A stretch of DNA of 64,000 nt from Octopus vulgaris (GCA_951406725.2 OX597828.1:18662001-18726000); one strand, 5' to 3'; numbered from the stretch's first letter, positions 25,670 to 40,780 are shown. A program made the numbers and translations. Notes: generated by a model from the sequence alone, not told the origin.

Positions 25670-26182
25670 TTTGGGCACAAGGCCAGCAAGTTCGACTCCA
25701 GTGCTTATTTCAGCTGGTACTTTATTTCATCGACCCCGAATTGATTAAAGGCGAAGTCGACCTCAGCTGAATTTGAACTCAGAACGTAAAGACGGAGGAA
25801 ATGCCGCTAAGCATTTTGCCCAGCGTGCTAACGGTTCTTTTCCACTATAGCCACATGACCTGAAATTTTGAGGGAGGGGACTAGTCGATTACATAAACCC
25901 CAGTGTTTTACTGGTACTTATTTTACCGATCCCGAAAGGATGAAAGGCAAATATCTTCACTACCCACAGGGGGCTAAACACAGAGAGGACAAACAAGGAC
26001 AGACAAACGGATTAAGTCGATTATGTCGACCCCAGTGTGTAACTGGTACTTAATTTATCGACCCCGAAAAGATGAAAGACAAAGTCAACCTCGGCGGAAT
26101 TTGAACTCAGAACGTAGCGGCAGACGAAAAACCGCTAAGCGTTTCATCCAGCGTGTTAACGATTCTGCCAGCTCACTGCCTT
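25670..26182 (-). mobile_element. SINE B trimer (B2 26182-25952, partial B1 25951-25839, headless B1 25838-25670)
   Basis: Direct tail-to-body junctions near 25951 and 25838. Confidence 0.8.
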
Positions 26183-26737
26183 ACACTGGATAATAATATT
26201 ACAGAATTAATACATACATGGGTGAGCGATCAAGTTTGAATGCGTGAGATAAGATGTCTGCTCAATCAGGTCTGATCCGAGACTCAAGAACAACAACTAG
26301 TAAGACCACCACCAATATTACTTTAACTACTACTATTGCTGTTACTACTACCACTAACACCATCACCAACATCACTATTATTGCTGCTACCAACCACCAA
26401 CACCACTGCTACTGCTACTACTGCTGCTACTGCTACCGCTACTACCACTACTACCATCACCACCACCACTATTACTACTATCACCGCAACTTCTACCACC
26501 ACCGCTACTACTTCTACTACAATTTAGATGAACCATAGAAACAACGAGGAAGTCTCCTTCTGGTTACTAGATCTGCAAGATATAGCACTCCAATCTGCCT
26601 CAAAAGCTCACTTTGGCATTGTTTATCATAGTCTAATACAATACATTAAACCTAAAAAATAAAAAGGCAGGATGGCCATGGATTCAAAGAATTTGATCAA
26701 AGTTCTTGCTTCATCAAGACAGAACCTGGGGTCAATT

Positions 26738-27034
26738 TTTTATTTATTTATTTATGCGCCCTTTTCAAACCTAGCCAGGCTCATGGGCCCGGTTTCCCGG
26801 TTTCTATGGTGTATGTGTTCCCCCAGCTGGACGGGACGCCAGTTCATCGCAAGAAATAGGAAGAAAGATTGAGAGAAAGTTGGGGCGAAAGAGTACAGCA
26901 GAGGTCACCACCACCCCACTGCCGGAGCCTAGTGGAACTTTAGGTGTTTTCGTTCAATAAACACACACAACGCCCGGTCTGGGAATCGAAACCGCGAGTC
27001 CGCTGCCCTAACCACTGGGCCATTGCGCCTCCAC
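26738..27034 (-). mobile_element. SINE with family C head and V-domain-like tail
   Basis: Head as in the 23065 copy; 3' part gcgatgaactggcgtcccgtccag...gaaaccggg...(TAAA)n. Confidence 0.8.
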
Positions 27035-27964
27035 TGAGGTTAATTTAGTTAATTAATAACACAAACGTGTTAGAGAGTTTGGTGGTACTCCAGCTAGGGC
27101 AGAAATGTCCCGCGTTTGGCTTTGAGACGAGACGCAGCGCAGATGCTTGTAATTGGATGCGAATCGTTGACACAGAGATTTCTGCTTAGTGTCGCTCTTC
27201 TATCGTTGCCTGTTTGCACAGCTACGACACTTATGTTTGCTATGAAGTATGAGTAAATGACCACCAACCATAAGAACAACAGCATCAATGACAGCAACAA
27301 ACCAGTGGATCGCTTCGTATGAAATATGATGTCCGGCGTTTGTCACACTCCCGTATGCAGTAATATATTGGAATTTCAAACTATTTTAATTGCTCGAAAT
27401 ATGTTTGAACAAAAAACGTCACATCCGAAATTTTAATACCGGAAAAGATCACATACCGGAAGGAAAACTGACATATGGCGGTATATCTAGTTAAATTAAT
27501 CTTTTTTTTTTTTTTATTTTAGGGTTATTTTTTTTCCTATTTTCATTTTGTCTTGCTTCGTTTATTTACTTGTTTGTTTTTGTTTTGTTTTTTTTTAAAT
27601 ATTTTTTGTTCAACATAATCACTTAAAGCAATTATGTGCTGCATGTTGCGAAACACACGTACGTACAATTATAGTTCTCGTCTTACGAGAGTACAAAGCT
27701 GTTATATACGTTCTGTAGAAGAGGAGCAAGTGAGAATCTATAAGTTCAGATTATGCTTTCCGTCAGATTATTGCCTATTTCTGATTTTAAGGAACTAGGG
27801 CTCTGGTGCGTCGATCCATTTTAAAAAATAAATAAATAACAAGATTTATTGATTTTGAGCTGTCCCCTTGTTTTCGTTTGGTTGATTTAAGCATTGTTGG
27901 ACAAGGTTTACATTTACTTCTCATGCATATGAGCTGGCAGAGTCGATAGAGCGTGGGACAAAAT

Positions 27965-28323
27965 GATTCGACGCCATCGATACACCGCACGGAAACATCG
28001 CCGTCAATTCACCGTGAAGAAAGTCCACCGCTAAGAAACTTTACCGAGAAAATGTATCCATAGTACCTCACCATTTATAGTTAAAAGCTATTTTATTGAA
28101 ACACGAAAACGGTGAACTGGTGACGGTGAACTATCTCTGGGTTGAACTGATGATGATAATCTTTCCCTGCGGTGAACTAGTGACGGTGAACGTTCTCTGC
28201 TTTCAATTGATGATCATAAGCTTTCCCTGTGGTGACTTGGTGACGGTGAACGTTCTCTGCGTTGAACTGATGATGGTAAACTTTGCCTGCATTGAACTGA
28301 TCAGGGTGAACTTACCGGAAATG
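27965..28323. mobile_element. MULE-like MITE with 15/60-bp subterminal repeats, inserted in a SINE B head
   Basis: tgggacaaaat duplicated at 27954-27964 and 28322-28332 (9-11-bp TSD); ttcaccg repeats on the left, cggtgaac repeats on the right with 60-bp higher-order period at 28111-28320; SINE B 27931-27964 resumes at 28333. Confidence 0.7.
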
Positions 28324-29164
28324 GGACAAAATACCTTGCAGTATTTGTCCAGGCTTTGTGTTCTCTGAGTTCAAACTCCGCCTAGGTCAACTTCTTTTTT
28401 ACAACTGGAGAGTCACGACGGGAAATGTCTTTGATCATATATCTACTTGATTAGAGTGGACCTAGGGTTAAACATAGCAGTTGTAAACTCTCACTGAAAT
28501 CACACGATGTCCTCATAAAGAAAGACAAGAGCATATACAATAAAGGAAAGATAAAATTTATAACAAAACTACATTTTCTTAAAAAAGATGGGAGGGTCGG
28601 AAATATATGTAATCGTATATCTCCATACTGAAAGCTGAACTGGGACTAAGCGACAACAACAACAACAACAACAACGATTATGTATTTAGAAAGAGAATAA
28701 GATAGCCGTCCTTCGCCGAGTCGATAAAATATCGGATAATCAGATCTAGGGTCGGAATTACATCCTCAGCTTGTCCTTGAAACCGAGTTAACCCTTCAAA
28801 CACTTAGTCAAAACCACTTTAGTTCTTTCAATGATTTTTTTTTTCTTGTCCTCAACAAAAAACTGCACCTCGTCATATCATTTGTTCGCGGCTGAGTGCA
28901 CCGTTGGCCGTTGGGCGTTACATGTCAATTTCACGGACTTACTGTGGTACCGAGACATGAACGACGCAAGCGATCGATTTTCCGGTCGATAACCAGTTAC
29001 TCAGTGATTAGGTCATTGTCACCGGACTTTTTTTTTCTTTGTTTGTTTGTTGTTGTTGTTTTGTTTTTTTTCTTCTTAAGATAAACTACAACATTATCGA
29101 TTCGGTTAATAGATGCAATAACCTAACATGGGATACCTAACATTTCAGTGGCATTATTATTGCT

Positions 29165-29305
29165 TGGCGGCAAGCTGGTAGAAACGTTAGCACGACGGGC
29201 GAAATGCATAGCAGAATTTCGTCTGTCTTTACGTTCTGAGTTCAGATTCCACCGAGCTCAACTTTGCCTTTCATCCTTTCGGGGTCGATAAATAAAGTAA
29301 CAGTT
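29165..29305 (+). mobile_element. SINE B head and body, 3'-truncated
   Basis: ggcggcaagctggtagaaacgttagc...ggggtcgataaa. Confidence 0.85.
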
Positions 29306-29523
29306 CAAGTCTCACACGTATAGGAAAGCCTTCTTTTTTTCTGTCGGAGGCTTATATACCACATTATTGGACCATTTTCGTTAGTCATTGCACGGTGATC
29401 ACTTATAAGCTTTAAGCTTATATAAATACCATTATTATTATTATTATTAATTACAGGATTGTAAAACACGGCACCGTATAACAAAACGATTCGCACCTAA
29501 AACATATATATACATATATATCT

Positions 29524-29826
<303 letters not shown>

Positions 29827-30094
29827 TACATATATTTACAAGGGCGATGCGCCAGCATGAACGCAGTCAAATATCGGAAAAAAGAATATAAGAATATATA
29901 CATATATCTATATCTATATATATATATATATACACAAAATGCACCAAACATCAATTTCTAAAAAGAATTAGTGAAATAAAATTATGTAGCAACACCTAAA
30001 GGCGGTGCCCCACCATGGCCTCAGTTCATGACCTGAAACTAGATCAAATCAAATAAAATCAAATATGTGTGCGTGTGTGTGTGTATACTGCTGA

Positions 30095-30417
30095 GACCCC
30101 CTTCGGTCATGACTGACCATGGGATTGCACCTAGAAAGTTATCCTCCCAGGCACAAGTCCGGCAAGGTTGTTTATGGAAGACCAGCAGTCGACCATGCAT
30201 ACCGGACTCCCCTCTCCACACCATGAGTGTTATCCAAGGGAAAGGCAAAGGGGCCGATACAGCTTGGCACCTATGACGTCGCAACTCATTTCTACAGGTG
30301 AGTGAACTGGAGCAACGTGAAATAAAGTGTCTTGCTCAAGAACACAACACGCATCCCGGTCCGGGATTCGAACTCACAACCTCACAATCGTAAGCTCGAC
30401 GCTTTAACCACTGAGCT
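30095..30417 (-). mobile_element. SINE family D (CORE-like)
   Basis: Head gctcagtggttaaagcgtcg..gagttcgaatccc, core tgttgtgttcttgagcaagacacttt; collinear with 58364-58700. Confidence 0.88.
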
Positions 30418-30533
30418 ATATTCACATACATATACTACATATATATATACACACAGATATACTACACACACACACACACATACATACACACACACACACA
30501 CACATATATACACACACACACACATATATATAT

Positions 30534-30567
<34 letters not shown>

Positions 30568-31495
30568 TATATACATATACAAATATATATATATATTTAT
30601 ATATATATATATATATACACACACATACATACATACATACATAAATACATATATATATATTTGATGGGAACAACATTGCACAATCTTGGAAATGGGCTGA
30701 AGATATAGACGCATATAACCAAAACGTTTTAACCTAACCAAGCCAAACACCGTATCCACTCGGCCATTTCATTTCTATAAAAACACCCCCATTTAAAGGG
30801 GAATTATTGGAATAAATTGCGGCCTTAAGACATAAAGTAACATCATGTTGAAAGATGAAAATATCTAAAGCACTCCGAAAACAACCATCGCAATTCTACA
30901 TTATCATTACACTCCGCTACACTGCGTTATTATTACAGTCTTTATGTATGACTCCCCTCTCTTCGGGCAATCCCCTTCATCGGACATAAAAATAAATGAT
31001 AAAAAGAAGACGTATATAAAATAATGCAAAAGGAGCAAATAGTAAGATGGTATTTGTTATAGATCCTGAATCTACTGACTTTTATATATTCATAAATCTA
31101 TACGAATCCCTCATACGTGCTTGGAATACAATAATATATTATCTAAGTCCATTCGGGTGTTTAGTCATGTTGTAAATAATCCATAAGAAGCATTCTTTCA
31201 CTTCCTATTTTGTTGTTTTTTTTGTTTTGTTTGTTTCGTTTTTGTTTTTGCTTTTATGTATATATATATATGCATGTGCTTGTGTGTATGCATGGATATA
31301 TTGATATATATATGTGTGTGTGTGCCTGTGTGTATGCATATGTATACATGCATTTATATTGAATGTTTGTGTGTGATATATATATATATATATATATATA
31401 TTTGTATTCTTATACATACATATATGTGTACTTATAGTAATGTTTCTGTGTGTCTCTGTGCGCGTACACGGACATACATGTACTATATACTTCTA

Positions 31496-31567
<72 letters not shown>

Positions 31568-31706
31568 TGCGTGCGTGCGTATAAGTGCGCGCGTGCGTGT
31601 TTCACTATTCCAGCGTAGCGTTATTCCCATTTCACATCCAGAAATTCTTAACATTCGACGCCATTATATTGCATATATATGTATGTGTGTGTGCGTGTAT
31701 ATATAC

Positions 31707-31755
<49 letters not shown>

Positions 31756-31783
31756 GTGTGTCTGTGTGAGCATTTATGTATAT

Positions 31784-31854
<71 letters not shown>

Positions 31855-32343
31855 GTATATATATATATATATATACAAATATATATATATATATAAATAT
31901 ACACACACACACACATATATATATATACATATACATATATATAATTTACACATCACAAAATCTCTTTGTATATCTGTTATTCTGTCCCACCAGATACTCA
32001 TTCATAAATAGCTAGAAACTATTCTCTTTGAAAGATGAAGAATGAAGAATCTCAATAATTCGAGGCAGAAGTCGAAAGGAATAAAACGATCACGAGAGGT
32101 AAGAAATGGAATTTTCATCACCGTTCATCTCTTCTGAGTAATCTTTAGGCTTTTCTTTTCCTTTTCTTTCTTTCCTTCTTTTTATGTTTATTTGTTGTTT
32201 ATTTTTTTTTTTTTTATTCATTTCTTTATTTATTTTCTCTCATCCCTGAAGAGCGTTTCGAGAATTTAACTTGAAACTTTGTGCGCTAAATTCAGTTATC
32301 TTTCCCTTTTCTCTTTCTCCTCCCATCTCTCTCTCTCTCTATC

Positions 32344-32440
<97 letters not shown>

Positions 32441-32544
32441 TTCCCTTTACTCTGCTCTTATCGAGTTAATAATTGAAATCTCTTTATGATCAAAAGCATT
32501 GATCAAACCTCGTTCGTTCGAAATAAAAGAAACTGCGATGTTTC

Positions 32545-33047
32545 TTCATCATCCTCATCACCATTGTCGTCATCTCATACTTTTCGCTGTCGTCGTTATC
32601 ATCATCATCAGCATCAGCAGCATCAGCAGCATCGTTGTCGTTGTTGTCATCACCACCACCACCATCGTCGTTGTCATCGTCACCGCCATCCTCATCATCA
32701 TCAGCCGCAGCAGTAGCAGCAGTATATCATCATCAGCATCATATAATCGTCGTCGTCGTTGTCGTCATTATCCTCATCATCATCATAATTATCATCATCA
32801 TCATCATTACCATCATCATCATCATCATCATCATCATCATTACCGTCATCATCATCATCATCATCATTACCGTCATCATCATCATCGTTATCATCATCAT
32901 CATCATTACCATCATCATCATCATCATCATTACCGTCATCATCATCATCATCATCATCATTACCGTCATCATCATCATCATCATCATTACCGTCATCATC
33001 ATCATCATCATCATCATCATCGTTACCATCATCATCATCATCATTAC

Positions 33048-33083
<36 letters not shown>

Positions 33084-33125
33084 TTTCGTTCTCAACTTCG
33101 TCATTATCGTCGTCGACGTCGTCAA
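32545..33125. repeat. (CAT)n compound microsatellite with periodic taccgt interruptions
   Basis: Direct inspection. Confidence 0.9.
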
Positions 33126-33440
33126 CACGATTCTTTTAAGTCTGGATTCTCTTCGTTCTGTTAATGAGAGAGCTTCTATAGTCAATGGCATTCATTCTCA
33201 TCATTGTCTCTTTTGAATACAGATAGACATAGACTTTTTCTGATAACAAATAGCAAAAAAAAAAAAAAAAGAAAGTGAAAGTAAAAGAACAGAAGATCAA
33301 AAAGTAAAGAGAGAGAGAGAGAGAGACGCAGAGATAGATATGAAGAATGGGTATTGTTATTCCGTATAAATAAATTTAGTTGCAAAACTCTTGAATTTTT
33401 TTTTAAAGACATTTCTTCAATTCAGTAAGTTATATTCGTA

Positions 33441-33669
33441 CACTGGGTGCTGAAAAGTTCCTGGCTTTAAGGATATCGCGAAAGGCCTGACTGGAGACCC
33501 AACCTTCAGAGTTCCTTTACAGGGATTAGAAAAACTGAAGGACCGCTTCAATAAGTATGAGAATCTGAAAGGGGAAATATGTTGAATTAAAACATAATTA
33601 ACTAACCGGCCGGCCTGTATTTTCTTTTACTCAAAGCCAGGAAATTTTTAGCCACCCCCCCCCCACTCG
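33441..33669 (+). mobile_element. mariner deletion derivative (MITE)
   Basis: TIRs gggtgctgaaaagttcctggcttt / aaagccaggaaatttttagccaccc, TA flanks; retains C-terminal QGLEKLKDRFNKY...G.YVE. Confidence 0.8.
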
Positions 33670-34481
33670 TATATATTGCATGTTTTCCAAACTGAACTCA
33701 CCACCATCTAAAAGCCGAAACGATTGCCAACCACCAAACCCAGAGAACAACTTTCAAAAATTTCAAATGAAATCTAAACTGTGTTGCAAGACGTAAGCAA
33801 GAATTTAATTTTATTTTACGAAACTAGGTCAAATGGTTGGCATTTTATAAGATTTGTTTATTGCTTGCCTCTTTTGAAAATCATTGTTCCATCACAAAAA
33901 TAGCGATAATTCTTTCCGCCACGGATTTTTCGTCTTTCTTGTTTTCTTCCTTTGTTTTTTTTCATTTTTATTTTTTTCTTTCCTTATAAAATTCATTTTC
34001 TTTTTAATAAGCATTGTTAATCGCCCAGAAAACATTCACAGCTGACTTTGACTGTAAAAAGCTTGAGAGAGAAACGATCAAACACGTTGCTGTTATACAT
34101 AATCTGATGACGACATGAATTTGCCTTCAATAATATTTTTCCTCCGCGAGTAAAAATTGTCAGTTGCAATAAGGAGGGAAAAAGATATATAAAACAAGGA
34201 AACAAAATGAACGACAGCTAATTCTGAACGCCTTAGGCTGATGGCTTTTTCTCTTTACAACTGAGCTGTTTTACATACATACATACCATACATACATACA
34301 TACATACATACATACATACATGCATCTATGCATACATCCATGCATACATACATGCATACATACACACAAACAGACGCGTACCTATCTACATACGTATATA
34401 CTACATATATATAAATATACGTATACATAAATATACATATATACATACACCCATATAGAGCTAGCTAACTAGTTAGCTGCC

Positions 34482-34918
<437 letters not shown>

Positions 34919-35060
34919 GTATAAATGTGCGTATAATTATTGCTATATACCACGTTAGCATATATATGTGTGTGTGTGTGTGTTTACAGTATATGTGCAA
35001 GCATGAGTATATGTATGTATGATTGGCATTGTATGTATATATATTTGTATATGAATGTTA

Positions 35061-35103
<43 letters not shown>

Positions 35104-35556
35104 GCATTCATAAAGTGTGTGAGTGTGTGTATGTATGTAAACGCGCGTATGTGTGGCTGTTGGTGTGTCTGTATGTCTTCCTCGCTTTTCGTATTTCGCA
35201 AGGCGAGGTATTAATGCTGTCGCAATAGGAAATATAAACAGATGTCAGTTGTCAAAGACAGCCCATAAAATTATTTAAATAATTTAAATAATATTTTTTT
35301 TTAAAATGAATCTCCTTCAGATATGTAAAAATAAGAGAATGACGATATGACTTCAACCAAAAGCTTCGTCATACTTCGTAACTGAATGATCATATATAAA
35401 TACATACATATATGTGTATGTGTGTATGTGTGTGTACACGTACATATATGTATGTATATATGCATATGTTTTATTTATTAATTTGTTAATACACGACAGA
35501 ACGCACGCATCCATTTCTAAGTAAGTTTGTTCTTAATACATATATATATATATATA

Positions 35557-35610
<54 letters not shown>

Positions 35611-35732
35611 TAGATATGTAAATATCCTAAGACAGATACATACACACACATACATATATATAAATATAGATACACATATTTACATGCAAATACGTATACA
35701 TATCTATATATATACATACATACATACATACA

Positions 35733-35792
<60 letters not shown>

Positions 35793-36233
35793 CATATATT
35801 ATTCTCACACAAGAATGGTGTTGAACTGTATGCATGTATGTATGTATGTATTTAAGCAAGCAAACAAGCATGCAAGCAAGCAAGCAAGCAAGAGCAACGA
35901 ACTGAAAGAATCGGAACAGCAGTTTTTGTTCCGGTTCTACTGGATATATTTTCAAATCCTAACGCTATCTTTCCCTTTCACCTTCTCCGAATCGATAAAA
36001 CAAGTACTTGTCATATACTAGGATCAATGTAATTGATTGAACGCCTTCCCTCAAAATTTCTGGGCATAAGTTTGAATCACAAATTATATGTGTAAGTACG
36101 TACGTATATATAAGTATATATATTATATTGTTATTTGAAATAGTTTGATTCAGTTCATACGACTTAAAGTTTCGCAGGCTTCTAGTAGAAGCATGACTCG
36201 TTCAGTCTCACACTATAAAAAGAAATAGTGGGG

Positions 36234-36264
<31 letters not shown>

Positions 36265-36604
36265 CTCTTTACTCTTTTACCCGTTCCAATCACTTGACTG
36301 CGGTCATGCTGGAACACCGCCTTTTAGTTGAGCGAATCGACTTCAGTACTCAACACCAGCGGTTCTCAAGCGATGTTGGAGGAACAAACACAAACACACA
36401 AACATTACACACACATACATATATATACACATATATACGACGAGCTTCTTTCAGTTTCCGTCTACCAAATCCAATCACAAGGCTTTGGTCGGCCCGAGGC
36501 TATACTAGAAGACACTTGCTCAAGGTGCCACGCAGTAGGTAGGAATGAACCCGGAACCATGTAGTTGGTAAGCAAGCTACTTACCACACAGTCACTCCTG
36601 CGCC
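36265..36604 (-). mobile_element. SINE family A
   Basis: Reverse complement of family A with an internal deletion. Confidence 0.85.
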
Positions 36605-36610
36605 TATATA

Positions 36611-36696
<86 letters not shown>

Positions 36697-36928
36697 CACA
36701 TGTATGCATACATTCACAGATATATACGCATATATATATATGCATAATTATAACATTTATGTGTGTGTGTGTGTGCATATGTGTGTGTACGTGTGACGAT
36801 GTTTGTAAATATATGGAACAAATAAACTTTTGCCCTGTTACCCTTCATCGGTGTAAAAGACCATACGAAGCAATGAATACTGCCCCTTCTTACAGCTAAC
36901 CAAGAATGTATGTATGTATGCATGCATG

Positions 36929-36966
<38 letters not shown>

Positions 36967-37106
36967 TAGCTGTTTGCAAAAATATACGCATTTTGAATGC
37001 ATATAAAAAATTATTATCATCATTACAGATATGTTAAAACTAATATATACACATACACATGCATACAAATTTATAGACACACATTCTCACATAAATATCT
37101 ATATCC

Positions 37107-37137
<31 letters not shown>

Positions 37138-37194
37138 TATACATATGCTATTGTCTATATATAGCTTATATTTATAGTTTTATATATGACGGTT

Positions 37195-37235
<41 letters not shown>

Positions 37236-37949
37236 TATCTCTGTACGATGCCAGAAATATGCAGCAGACATTTTCTTCAGCAAACGTGCAAACTGAAACC
37301 TGTTACAAAGGTAAGTTATCACATTGAAGAAAATTATATATGAAGACCATTAAATTTGAAATATCATTCGTATATATTAAAATGTCACATCGTAAACTAG
37401 CAGCATTTACAGCTACTGATGCTTGCTCATAAAAAGAATCCCGTTGTGTATACACACACACAAACACACACATACATAAATAAATACGTGTGTGCGTGTG
37501 TGGTGTGTGTGTGGTTTGTGTGTGTATGTTTGCAAATCTTAAGCTATAAAAACTATCAAAAGTAGATGCACAAATTTCTTCAATCTGCATTACATTTCGT
37601 TGATATTTGTTACGGATATACATGTTTCTGTCAGGATTGATGAGTTTAGCGTCTGTTATTATTTCATCGCTGAATACATTTGACTGTCAAATTTCGTGTA
37701 TTTCTCTATATTTCATAACAAAAGTTTTTGACTCTCATTCTCTGTAAGTTAGTTTCATTTTATGCAAAAACTTTTTTTCATTTTCACATTTAAATTTTTT
37801 TTTTACTTTTGCAATTGTCCAGATTTATCCTGACATAAAAGAAAAAAAACATCAATAGTAGATTTTGTTGAATCTCGGGACGGTCATTATGCCAACAATA
37901 AACACACGCATTAGATATATTTCACTTCTTTATTATTCGTCATATAATC

Positions 37950-38410
37950 CAAGCGGTTCGGCAAAAGAGACCGATACAATAAGTAACAGGTTTCAAAAAA
38001 TAAAATAAAATAAATCCTGGGGTCAGTTCGTTCGACTAAAATTCTTCAAGGCGGTGCCCCAGCATGGCCACAGTCTAATGACTGAAGTAAGTAAACGGTA
38101 AAAGATACATATGTACACACACACTCATACACACACTCACATATTCATATGCATACATATATCTTCTTATAGTTATCTTTTTCAATCATTAGACTGCGGC
38201 CATGCTGAGGCATTGCTTTGAAGAATTTTAAGTGGAAAGAATCGACCCCTGGACACACTCACACGGGCCAAAATCTACTCATAAGACTTTGATCGGCCCG
38301 AAGCTACAGTAGAAAACACTTGCCCAAGGTCCCACGCAGTAGAACTGAACCTGGAACCATGCGGTTGGGAAGAGTAGCAAGCTTCTTACCGCACAGCCGC
38401 GCCAGCGCCT
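37950..38410. mobile_element. Tail-to-tail inverted pair of SINE A copies (+ 37950-38105; - 38165-38410)
   Basis: ttcttcaaggcggtgccccagcatggccacagtctaatgactgaa versus ttcaatcattagactgcggccatgctgaggcattgctttgaagaa. Confidence 0.8.
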
Positions 38411-38614
38411 ATGGGTATGACTGTAAACTGCTTCCGGCGGTGGGACTCTAGTTTTTGGAGAGCCAGGATTTTGAGGAGTGTCAAACTACCCCTTAAACAT
38501 TAGTGTTACCAGGTCTACGTTGACCCTTAGTATTAGCACCTGTCAAAATCCTACTTGCGGATTAAGTAGCGTATGTGATGACAACTCATCTGAGCGCGAG
38601 GACGCATAAATATC

Positions 38615-38850
38615 TGTTTCTTTATTACCCACAAGGGGCTAAACATAGAGGGGACAAACAAGGACAGACAAACAGATTAAGTCGATTACATCGACCCCAG
38701 TGCGTAACTGGTAATCAGTTTATCGACCCCGAAAGGATGAAAGGTAAAGTCGACCTCGGCGGAATTTGAACTCAGAACGTAGCGACAGACGAAATACCGC
38801 TAAGCATTTCGCCCGGCGCGCTAACGATTCTGCCTGCTTGCCGCCCTTAA
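38615..38850 (-). mobile_element. SINE B2, full length, 16-bp TSD
   Basis: aggacgcataaatatc at 38599-38614 and 38851-38866. Confidence 0.92.
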
Positions 38851-40475
38851 AGGACGCATAAATATCCTTGATGGGAGCCCCTGAGTGAAGTAAAATCACT
38901 GGGCGTGAAGGAGCCCGAGCTGTTGACATAGAATACTTCCAGGAGTGTAAAGCTCTCGTGTAAAACCTACGATTTAATCTGATTACTAGTTATTTCGCAT
39001 CGGCCAGTCACCATGGTACTTAATCACAGAGGCTCAGATACCTCTTCATGGTGGCCTTATTTGTCATCCCATAAACTGAAAGCCCTATGGTGGTAGAAGA
39101 TTGGTAACATGAGCAAACCTAAACAGTTGGAAGCCTACAATGCGATACAACTTTTGTCTGTCACCTATGCTTTAAAGCTTGCAGATCTGCAACGGGATTA
39201 AATGTCGGGTGCCATGGATGGATAGTCAGAAATACCTTTTACAAAGAGGAAGGACAAGGAGCTGGCAGTGATCTGAGATGAAGCAATGGATCACTCATCA
39301 GGCTGAGCACATAGCCTATGCAATTTACAAATCAGAACACTAGAACAAGAGTAATGACGAGTAAAAATTAGGTGGACGCAAAAGGTAGAAAGGTGGGAAA
39401 AAATACGGAAGAAACGAAAAAAAGAAGACTATTCCGATTTTTACATCCACCTTATTCTCGCTTTTTCTCATGCTTTCTTTTGTTCTAGCGCCCTGATTTG
39501 TAAATTATATAGGTCATGTGCTCAGAGCCCAATGATTGCTTGGAGACACAGCGTGTTATCAAAACCTGCCTAGACTACATCTCCAATGCATGACACCTTT
39601 TGTCGCTTGTAACTGTATACTGTGAACATCAAATGATGTTTATCTCTCAATGGATGAAATAAATTTTTGGTGATCTTGCCTTATCGGAAAAGTAAACTAA
39701 ATATGTACAGTATGTGTGTATATTTATAATGTTAACATGTATGTATAGATAGACATACAATGAGAGAGAGAGAGAGAGACGGAGAAGGAGACAGAGGAAG
39801 AGAGAGAAAGAATTTGAGAGAAGAGAAATATAATCAACAAACAACAAGGAACACTGAAGACAAAAATCATTATATTTGGGACGAACAATCAGACAGTTGC
39901 ACCGTTTATTACTAAAGTAGGTGAACCATAAATAGATACGGCAATATAGAACAAGCAGTTTGTAAATTTACCAACAATTTCAAAAACAGTTATTTAGATA
40001 CGACTCCAAAATGTAGGCGATGGAGGTGGGTAGGCATTTGGTTTCTTTTCAACGATATAAATTGAATTAAAGCTGGAAAATGCTTCTTTTACGTTTTATC
40101 TTTTTCTTGTTTCAGGCAATGGGCTGCGGCCACGCTGGGGCACTCTCTTGAAAGGTTTCGTCGAACAAATTAACCCCGGTACCCTTATTTATTAAGCCGG
40201 GTGTATTATTCTGTAAGATATGTTTTGCCGAACTGCGTAAGCAATGCGAACGAATGCTAGTTGTCAAGCGTTAGTGGGAGACAAACACAAACAGACACAC
40301 ACTCACACACAAACATACAAATGTATGTGTGTGTGTGTGTAAGGAAGTTAAATGTTATGGCCGGTCATAATGTTTCGCACCTATAAAGCACTTAGCAGTA
40401 TAGGCGACTAGTCAGACTCGAATGCCCGAAGGCACATAACCTCTTTAAAAAATTTTCGGAAATATGAACTACTGA

Positions 40476-40514
<39 letters not shown>

Positions 40515-40780
40515 TCGTGATGGTGAGATCAACAAAAAAAGTACTCCATCTGATGAGAGATAAATATCATTTAATAGGCACAATACATGTGCTGCTAATA
40601 GTTTCTCATGCTGAGAACATGCCAAATAATGAATTATAACTGATGAAATATCTCCGCGCAGTCATGAGACACAAACCACATAACAGAACGAATTAAAAAC
40701 TGAATGAGAGAAGGAACGCGAAAAGCTGAGAAGGAAGCATAAAGAAAGCGTGTAATATAGAACAAAGCTATGTAGGCCTA

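Noticed and set aside
28096-28368. 90-aa ORF with repeated GELVTVN motifs
   Set aside because: Translation of the 15/60-bp subterminal repeats of a MITE.
32499-33216. His-rich 221-aa and Ile/Met-rich ORFs
   Set aside because: (CAT)n microsatellite open in several frames on both strands; no splice or codon evidence.
38950-39370. Possible LINE C-terminal zinc-finger remnant (FVCHLCFKACRSATGL)
   Set aside because: Single short motif, too degraded to delimit or classify.
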